64,000 nucleotides of DNA from Rhizomicrobium sp. (GTDB lineage Bacteria > Pseudomonadota > Alphaproteobacteria > Micropepsales > Micropepsaceae): assembly GCA_037200985.1 (NCBI GenBank), contig JBBCGJ010000001.1:718756-782755 (forward strand), written 5' to 3'. Position 1 is the stretch's first letter. Each line of letters starts with the position of its first letter. Position numbers and translations under genes: made by a program. Below the pieces are notes generated by a model. That model was not told the DNA's origin and did not search any database. It saw only the letters and a program-made list of their open reading frames with translations. Below, one piece after another: positions 56,336 through 64,000 of the stretch.

Positions 56336-57213
56336 CCGCACCCAGAAGCATGGCGATCATCGGCTTCGGCGAAGTCGGCCAGACCTTCGCCAGGCAATTT
56401 CATGCCGCCGGCCTGACCGATATCCGCCTGTTCGACATCCTCTTCGCCGATCCCGCCAGCATCCCATCCAAGGCTGCCGCTGGCCCTTGGAAGACATGCG
56501 CATCTGCCGCCCAGGCTGTTGCAGGCGCCGATCTTGTGCTTTCGGCCGTCACGGCCGGCTCCGATATCGCCGTCGCGAATGCCGTGGCGTCCGCGCTCGC
56601 GCCCGGAGCCTTCTACTGGGACGTGAACTCGGTCTCGCCCGGCACCAAGCGCGCCGCCGCCGCCATCATCGAGGGCGCGCGCGGCCGCTACGTCGAATCC
56701 GCGGTGATGTCATCCATCCCGCCCAAGGGAATCCGTTCGCCCATGCTGCTCGGCGGCCCGCATGCGAAGGCCTTCATCGCCGCGATGGCGCCTTTCGATC
56801 TCGACCTGACGTTCTACGCGGACGAGATCGGCCAGGCCTCGGCGGTCAAGATGTGCCGCAGCGTGTTGATCAAGGGCCTCGAAGCGCTGCTCACCGAAAG
56901 CATGCTGGCCGCGCGCCATTACGGCGTGGAGGCCGATGTGCTCGCCTCGCTGAAAGACACCATCCCGCATCCCGACTGGCCCAAACAGGCCGCCTACATG
57001 ATCAGCCGCGCCCTGCTGCATGGCCGCCGCCGCGCCGAGGAGATGCGCGAGGTCGCCCGCACGGTGGAGGAGGCCGGCGTCGCCCCGCTGCTCAGCCGTC
57101 CCACCGCCGAGCGCCAGGATTGGGCCGCCGGCGAGGGCGCCCGGATCGCCAAGGACCTCTTGAAGACACCCGACCTCGAACGCCTCTTGGACGAATTGAC
57201 CGCGAAGTCCTGA
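56332..57213 (+). CDS. NAD(P)-dependent oxidoreductase (6-phosphogluconate dehydrogenase-like NAD-binding domain + DUF1932-like C-terminus)
   Basis: ATG at 56332 overlaps the AKR stop. IIGFGEVGQ Rossmann motif. 293 aa. Confidence 0.8.
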   Translation: MTAPRSMAIIGFGEVGQTFARQFHAAGLTDIRLFDILFADPASIPSKAAAGPWKTCASAAQAVAGADLVLSAVTAGSDIAVANAVASALAPGAFYWDVNSVSPGTKRAAAAIIEGARGRYVESAVMSSIPPKGIRSPMLLGGPHAKAFIAAMAPFDLDLTFYADEIGQASAVKMCRSVLIKGLEALLTESMLAARHYGVEADVLASLKDTIPHPDWPKQAAYMISRALLHGRRRAEEMREVARTVEEAGVAPLLSRPTAERQDWAAGEGARIAKDLLKTPDLERLLDELTAKS

Positions 57214-57251
57214 CGCGGGAGACTTGCAACGATCAACGCCGGAGTGACGCC

Positions 57252-57662
57252 ATGCCCGCCGTGATGCTCGAACACTACACGCTCGAATGCGCCGACCTGA
57301 CGGTCACGCGCGACTTCTACGTCGACATGCTCGGCCTGACCGAGGAATTCCGGCCGCAGATGAGCTTCCCCGGCCACTGGCTCTATTGCGGCGGCGTGCC
57401 GGTGGTCCATCTGATGAAGAAGGAGGCGGCGGACCGCCCCAAGGTGCAGACTGGCCGCCTCGACCACATCGCCTTCAAGAGCGAGAACCCCGACGACGTC
57501 CTGGGCAAGCTCCGCCGCGCCGACATCGCTTACGAAGAGAACAAGGTGTGGGAGATCGGCCTGCTGCAGGTCTTCGTCCACGACCCCGACGGATTGCAGG
57601 TCGAACTCAACTTCCACGGCGCGCTCCCGATCGACAAGAGCCGGATGCCGTCGGCGGCGTAA
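57252..57662 (+). CDS. VOC (glyoxalase/bleomycin resistance/dioxygenase) family protein
   Basis: 136 aa. LEHYTL...D...T..FY...LGL ... LDHIAF ... VHDPDG..VEL pattern. Confidence 0.8.
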   Translation: MPAVMLEHYTLECADLTVTRDFYVDMLGLTEEFRPQMSFPGHWLYCGGVPVVHLMKKEAADRPKVQTGRLDHIAFKSENPDDVLGKLRRADIAYEENKVWEIGLLQVFVHDPDGLQVELNFHGALPIDKSRMPSAA

Positions 57663-57669
57663 CGAAAGA

Positions 57670-57757
57670 TTGTCATCCGCCGCGAATGCGGCGGACCCAG
57701 GTGACATCTGTACTGCAAGACGTCACCTGGGCGGTCCGCATTCGCGGGCCATGACAA
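57670..57757. repeat. Composite palindromic REP-like element (family B), second copy
   Basis: TTGTCAT-CCGCCGCGAATGCGGCGG-ACCCAGGTGAC ... GTCACCTGGG-CGGTCCGCATTCGCGGGCC-ATGACAA. Same architecture and termini as 54289-54367. Confidence 0.85.
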
Positions 57758-57778
57758 TTGAGCAGGGGTGCAGGCACC

Positions 57779-58786
57779 TCACGCCGGAATGTGAAACACC
57801 TTCTCCGCATTCCCGTGGAAGATCTTCTCCCGGTCCGCGTCGGAAATCTCCGCCGCGTTCATCCATGCCACCGCCGGCGGCGACACTTGGTAGGGATAGT
57901 CGATCGCCCACATCACCCGGTCCGCGCCCAAGACCTCGATGCAGTATTTCAGCGCCGGCGTGTGCTCCACCCCGCTGGTCGTGATCCAGAAATTCCGCTT
58001 GAACACGTCGCCCGGCTTCTCGTTGCCCGGCACGTCGCCCCACGCCTTGTGCAGCCCGTAGATATAGTCGTTGCGCCAGATGTTGTAGGGGATGCTCTCG
58101 CCCATATGGCCGATGACGATCTTGAGCCTGGGGAATCGCTCGAACAGCCCGCACAGGATCATCCGCATGCAATGGACCGAGACCTCGGCCTGGAAGCCCC
58201 ACAGTGCGGTGTACATGCCGTAATCGCCGTAGAGCGCCGCCATGTGCTTGGACGGACAGCGCGGATGGATATAAATCGCGCGGTCCAGCGCCTCGGCCGC
58301 TTCCAGGATCGGCCAATATTTCGGATTGTCGAGGTACTCGCCATTGGTGTGCGAGTTCAGGATGAAGCCGTTGAGCTTCAATTTGTTGATCGCCCGCTCC
58401 ATCTCGATCACGGCGCGCTTCGGGTCCTGCGGCGCGAAGGACGCGAGGCCGGCAAAGCGGGTCGGATGGCGCACGATGGCCTCGGCCATGCGGTCATTGG
58501 CCAGCGTTGCCATGCCGACCGCCGTGTCGGCGTCGAACATCTGCACGCCCGGCGAGGTCAGCGACAGCAGATGCATCGACACGCCGTCGGCATCCATGCT
58601 CTCCAGCCGCTGCCTGTCGTCAATGAGGCCGTTGTACAGCGGGCTCCCGGGCACCGCCGACCGCCGCGGCAGCCGCAGGTCGAGATCGTCCCAGGTGCTT
58701 TTTGTCAGCGCCAGGATCGCCGCCATGTGTTCGGGAATGCTCCACGCCTCTTCCGTCGCGATGCGGCGGATTTTCTTGTCGGTCAC
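57779..58786 (-). CDS. Amidohydrolase-2 family decarboxylase (ACMSD/LigW 5-carboxyvanillate decarboxylase-like)
   Basis: GTG at 58786 after GGAGGA, 335 aa. IATEEAW start, HP...H and DYPY motifs of the ACMSD-type family. Confidence 0.75.
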   Translation of the reverse strand: MTDKKIRRIATEEAWSIPEHMAAILALTKSTWDDLDLRLPRRSAVPGSPLYNGLIDDRQRLESMDADGVSMHLLSLTSPGVQMFDADTAVGMATLANDRMAEAIVRHPTRFAGLASFAPQDPKRAVIEMERAINKLKLNGFILNSHTNGEYLDNPKYWPILEAAEALDRAIYIHPRCPSKHMAALYGDYGMYTALWGFQAEVSVHCMRMILCGLFERFPRLKIVIGHMGESIPYNIWRNDYIYGLHKAWGDVPGNEKPGDVFKRNFWITTSGVEHTPALKYCIEVLGADRVMWAIDYPYQVSPPAVAWMNAAEISDADREKIFHGNAEKVFHIPA

Positions 58787-58950
58787 GATGTCCTCCCTGG
58801 ACGCGCCGTTGCTCCGGCACTGCCGGCGAAAAGGGTAGGGCGATCCGCCGTCTCCCACCGCCGCCCCGAGGAATGAAATACCGACTGCCAGCGAATTCTC
58901 GCGCGTCGGTGCAAATGACATCGCGCCCGGATTTGTGCGATATTTCGGCG

Positions 58951-59793
58951 ATGACCGCGAAAGAAGCCGCGACCGGCACAAAGCCGCCCGCCATGCGCGC
59001 CCGCCGCAGCCGCATCGGCCGCACGGACGAAAGCACGGGCACGCGCGCGCTGCCGCAGGAAACGCCGGTCGCCTTCACCTATGGCCGCCAGACCCACGCG
59101 GTCATGCTGGCCACGCCGGCCGACCTGGAGGATTTCGCGGTCGGTTTTTCCTTCACCGAACGGCTCGCCGACGCGCCCGCCGAGATCGAGGAGCTCGAGA
59201 TCGTCGATCTGCCCAGCGGCGTCGAGCTGCGCATGTCGCTGACCGGCGAACGCGCGGATCTGGCCGAGGCGCGCCGCCGCCGCATGGCGGGCCCCGCCGG
59301 CTGCGGCCTCTGCGGCATCGAAAGCCTCGCCGCGGCGACCGCGCCGCCGCCGCCGGTCCGCGCCGAACTCCAGGTCGAGACCGCCGAGATTTTCCGCGCC
59401 CTGGCCGCGCTGCGCGAGCACCAGCCACTCAACGACGAAACCCGCGGCGTCCATGCCGCCGGCTTCTGGTCGCCGTCGGCCCATCGTTTCCTCGCCGTGC
59501 GCGAGGACGTCGGACGCCACAACGCGCTGGACAAGCTGATCGGCGCGCTGCTCCGCGCCGACATCGCCCCCGGCGACGGCTTCATCGTGCTGACCAGCCG
59601 CGTCTCCATCGAACTCGTCCAGAAGACGGCGAAGATCGGCTGCCCCGTGCTGGTGGCGATCTCGGTGCCGACCGCGCTGGCGCTCGAGACGGCGGAGGCG
59701 GCGAACATCACGCTCGCGGCCATCGCGCGCGACGACGGTTTCGAGGTCTTCACGCATGCGCGACGGATCAGGACGGCCGCGCATGTCGCCTGA
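58951..59793 (+). CDS. fdhD: Formate dehydrogenase accessory sulfurtransferase
   Basis: GPAGCGLCG catalytic loop and DVGRHNALDK motif. The ATG at 58915 is an alternative start. Confidence 0.85.
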   Translation: MTAKEAATGTKPPAMRARRSRIGRTDESTGTRALPQETPVAFTYGRQTHAVMLATPADLEDFAVGFSFTERLADAPAEIEELEIVDLPSGVELRMSLTGERADLAEARRRRMAGPAGCGLCGIESLAAATAPPPPVRAELQVETAEIFRALAALREHQPLNDETRGVHAAGFWSPSAHRFLAVREDVGRHNALDKLIGALLRADIAPGDGFIVLTSRVSIELVQKTAKIGCPVLVAISVPTALALETAEAANITLAAIARDDGFEVFTHARRIRTAAHVA

Positions 59794-59995
59794 CGAGAAG
59801 CTGGTCTACATGGCCAACCAGATCGCGGCCTTCTTCGCGGCCCAGGGCGAGGCCCGCGCCGTCTCCGGCATCGGCGACCACATCCGGAAATTCTGGGATC
59901 CCAGGATGCGCAGCGATTTCCTGCGCCTCGCCAGCCAAGACGACAGCAAGCTCAACCCGCTCGTCCGCAAGGCCTTGCCGCTGATCGACGGGTAG
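59783..59995 (+). CDS. fdsD: Formate dehydrogenase delta subunit (FdsD family)
   Basis: 70 aa. LVYMANQIA.FF pattern. Overlaps the fdhD 3' end. Confidence 0.75.
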   Translation: MSPDEKLVYMANQIAAFFAAQGEARAVSGIGDHIRKFWDPRMRSDFLRLASQDDSKLNPLVRKALPLIDG

Positions 59996-60585
59996 CTAAC
60001 GGCTGCCTGCCATCGCTTCCGCCTGCGCCAGATCCTCCGGCGTGTTGACGTTGAAGAACGCGCCCTCTTCGCAAGCGACGTCGTAAACCGCGCCGCCGAG
60101 TTGGTCGAGCGCGCCATGCAGGCTGCGCCACTGTCCCTCCACGACGCCCGCGCGCAGCCGCTCCAGGCACGACACCGGCCACACCGCGCACACGCCGTGC
60201 ATCCGCCCTTCGCTCCGCGCCGCGACCGGCGCGCCGGCCGCATCGCGCATCAATTGCGCGACGAGATCGTCCGGCAGGAACGGCGTATCGCACGGAAAGG
60301 TCGCGAGCCACTCGGCCGTCCCGCGCGCCCATTCCAGTCCCCTCACCACGCCGGCGAGCGGTCCGGTGCCGCCCGGAAGCGAGTCGACCAGCAGCGGAAA
60401 CCGCGTGCCCAGGTGCGCCCGATAAGCCTCGAGCCCTGCCGTTGGAACGCTCAGCGCCAATTCGCCGACCTGGCCCCGCACCCGCGCGATCGCCGCGTCG
60501 ATCAGCGTCCGCCCGCGAAACGGCACCAGCGCCTTGTCGCCGCCGATCCGGCTGCCGGCGCCGCCCGCCAGGATGACGCCGGCGA

Positions 60586-60589
<4 letters not shown>
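59996..60589 (-). CDS. mobA: Molybdenum cofactor guanylyltransferase
   Basis: 197 aa. ILAGGAGSRIGGDKA motif. The ATG overlaps the stop of the upstream biotin carboxylase gene (ATGA). Confidence 0.85.
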
Positions 60590-61919
<1,330 letters not shown>

Positions 61920-61923
<4 letters not shown>

Positions 61924-62375
61924 GGCTGAAGGCGCAGGATCATCAGGACGCGGTCCTGCTCGACGAATTCGCCGTTCTGCGCATGGATGGCCTCGATGAC
62001 GCCGCGCGCCCCCGCCGGCACCGAATTCATCAGCTTCATCGTCTCGACGATGCCGATGGCGGTGTCCGGCGCGACGACCGACCCGACCTCGACGAAGGGC
62101 GCCGCCCCCGGCTTGGGCGCGCGATAGAACGTGCCCATCAGCGGCGGCTTGATGGCGATGGTGCCGGGCTCCAGCGCGGCGGCCGCCTCTTTTGCAACCG
62201 CGAGCACCGGATCCGCCGGCGCCGCGGCGCGCGTTTCGTTTTCCTGCGTCCAGCCGCCCGCGCCCGCGCGGCGCAAAGTGAGCTTGAACTTGTCGGTCTC
62301 CAGCCTGAGTTCGTCGAACGCCGACTTATCCAGCAGCCCCACGATCTCGGCTACGTCCTCGCGCGTCAGGTTCAT
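61920..62375 (-). CDS. Biotin carboxyl carrier protein (AccB-like)
   Basis: 151 aa. Ala/Pro linker and biotinyl-lysine motif VETMKLMN. 4-nt overlap with the carboxylase gene. Confidence 0.85.
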
Positions 62376-62382
62376 CGCCGCC

Positions 62383-63432
62383 TCAGCGCTTGCCGGCGAA
62401 GGCGGCGAAGACGTGGTCGACCGCCCGCGCCTTGGGCGCGATGACCGGCTGCGCGTCGCGCCGGCTCCACACCGTCTCGGGCCGGCTTTGCAGCAGGAAT
62501 ATCTCCGCCTTCGGTCCGCGCGCCACCGCCCATTCGATGTCCTGCGGCTTGCCGTAATGGCGCTCGACCCGCCGGCCGATCTCCGCCAGCGCCGTTATCT
62601 CTTCATCCGCGAGGCAGGGCTGCAGGCGCTCCGCATCGGGCACCGCCGCCACCACCACGCCGCCGGCGGCGAAATCGGGCAGGTGCTGCACCGCCTTGTC
62701 CGCGACCGCGCGTCCGGCGATCTCGCCCGTCACCTTGTTGACGATGTACTTGTCGGGCGTGACCTCGCCGCCGACGATCGCCGAGCCCAGGCCATAGGCG
62801 CCCTCGATCACGATGACGGAGCGGTCGCCGGTCGTCGGGCTGCGGGTGAACATCACGCCGGAGCAGCGCGAATCCACCATCGCCTGCACGACCACGCCCA
62901 TCGCCAGGCCATCTTCGCTCAGCTTCAGCCGCAGGCGGTAGTTGAGCGACTCGACGCTGTAGAGGCTGGCCCAGCAGCGGCGCACATGCGCCAGCACGCT
63001 ATCGGGCCCGCGCAGCCAAAGATAGGTGTCCTGCAGCCCCGCGAAGCTCGCATCCTCGCCGTCCTCGCTCGTCGCGCTCGAGCGCACCGCGAGCGGCAGC
63101 GACGGATCGCCGGCGCACAGCGCGGCATGCGCCGCGGCGACGGCGCTTTCGACGTCCTCGGGAAAGCGCGCCGCTTCGATCCGTTCGCGGATCGCGCGGC
63201 TCGCGGCATCGATGGCGACAAGATCGTCGGGTTGAAGCTTCGCCAGGGCGCGTCGCACGTCTTCGCCGGCGCCGGTCGCGGCCATGAACCGCTCGAAGGC
63301 GGAGGTCGCGACGACGAAGCCCGGCGGCGGCGCGATGCCGGCGCGCGTCAGCTCGCCCAGATTCGCGCCCTTGCCGCCGACCGACAGGCGGTCGCCGAGG
63401 CCGATCTCGCGAAAGAAAAGCACGAAGGTCAT
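62383..63432 (-). CDS. PEP/pyruvate-binding (PPDK_N, ATP-grasp) domain protein lacking the phosphohistidine and PEP-utilizer domains
   Basis: ATG at 63432, 349 aa. VGGKGANLGEL, RSSATSEDGEDASFAGLQDTYL, DIEWA. The gene ends right after the nucleotide-binding domain. Confidence 0.85.
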   Translation of the reverse strand: MTFVLFFREIGLGDRLSVGGKGANLGELTRAGIAPPPGFVVATSAFERFMAATGAGEDVRRALAKLQPDDLVAIDAASRAIRERIEAARFPEDVESAVAAAHAALCAGDPSLPLAVRSSATSEDGEDASFAGLQDTYLWLRGPDSVLAHVRRCWASLYSVESLNYRLRLKLSEDGLAMGVVVQAMVDSRCSGVMFTRSPTTGDRSVIVIEGAYGLGSAIVGGEVTPDKYIVNKVTGEIAGRAVADKAVQHLPDFAAGGVVVAAVPDAERLQPCLADEEITALAEIGRRVERHYGKPQDIEWAVARGPKAEIFLLQSRPETVWSRRDAQPVIAPKARAVDHVFAAFAGKR

Positions 63433-63642
63433 CTGTCGCTCGTTCTGTGCGGCTGCGAATTGGCCGCGCGCACCATCGTTAGCAGGCGTCGCGCGGTGCG
63501 CCAACGCTCGGTTCGCGCGGCCTCTCCGGTTTTCCTGCAACGGCGCCTTTTAGTGCGCAGTTGGTGGAGTAGCGCTGCAACCGTGGCACGAAGCTCTGCC
63601 GGGACCGCCGTGACGCGGGGGCGGCACGGAGGCGCGCGAGCG

Positions 63643-64000
63643 ATGAGAGACATCGAGGGCAAGACCGCGTTCATCACCGGCGGCGCCAGCGGCATCGGCC
63701 TCGGCATGGCGAAAGTGTTCGCCGGCGCCGGGATGAAGGTGGTGATCGCCGACATCCGCCAGGATCATCTCGACCGGGCGATGGCGCAGTTCGACAACAC
63801 CAATCTGCGCGTCCATCCCATCCGGCTCGACGTGACCGACCGCGCCGCGATGGCGGCGGCCGCCGACGAGGCCGAACGCGTCTTCGGAAACCTCCATGTC
63901 GTCTGCAACAATGCCGGCATCAATCTGTTCGCGCCGATGGACGAATGCACCTATGACGACTGGGATTGGGTGATGGGCGTCAATCTCGGCGGCGTGATCA
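63643..64000 (+). CDS. SDR family oxidoreductase, 3' end cut by the window edge
   Basis: Hand-translated: MRDIEGKTAFITGGASGIGLGMAKVFAGAGMKVVIADI ... NNAGI. The frame is open to the window end. Confidence 0.8.
   Translation, partial: MRDIEGKTAFITGGASGIGLGMAKVFAGAGMKVVIADIRQDHLDRAMAQFDNTNLRVHPIRLDVTDRAAMAAAADEAERVFGNLHVVCNNAGINLFAPMDECTYDDWDWVMGVNLGGVI

Overview
High-GC (roughly two-thirds G+C by eye) alphaproteobacterial (Hyphomicrobiales/Bradyrhizobiaceae-like) chromosomal segment, densely coding. I support about 60 protein genes and found no rRNA, tRNA, CRISPR array, IS element or phage gene. Layout: (a) 1.9-5.9 kb, a kinase-associated lasso-peptide cluster with split B1/B2 and an ORF-track-missed 49-aa precursor gene; (b) 5.9-9.3 kb, tail-to-tail with it, a B12-type radical SAM RiPP-maturase-like gene plus a large SAM methyltransferase with no annotated substrate; (c) SDR, aldehyde dehydrogenase and DipZ-like genes; (d) a formate module of NAD-dependent FDH, HPP protein and OFA antiporter, with two LysR regulators; (e) an ADH/AKR/QueD-like/AKR/MsrB/MsrA block; (f) a hybrid histidine kinase and a GAF-PAS-GGDEF-EAL protein; (g) a four-gene Csu-type chaperone-usher pilus; (h) malate synthase G and the bkd 2-oxoacid dehydrogenase operon; (i) a complete protocatechuate 4,5-cleavage (lig) pathway with pobA and two LigAB paralogue pairs; (j) fdhD-fdsD converging on an operon of PEP/pyruvate-binding-domain protein, BCCP, biotin carboxylase and MobA. 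The best candidate for something new is the lasso locus. Its precursor matches the canonical leader motif exactly, but that leaves a 12-13 residue core with a single acidic residue at an anomalous position. A C-methyltransferase-type radical SAM operon abuts the cluster. Several palindromic repeat families and strong intergenic hairpins are also recorded. The many very long ORFs antisense to real genes are treated as high-GC shadow ORFs.
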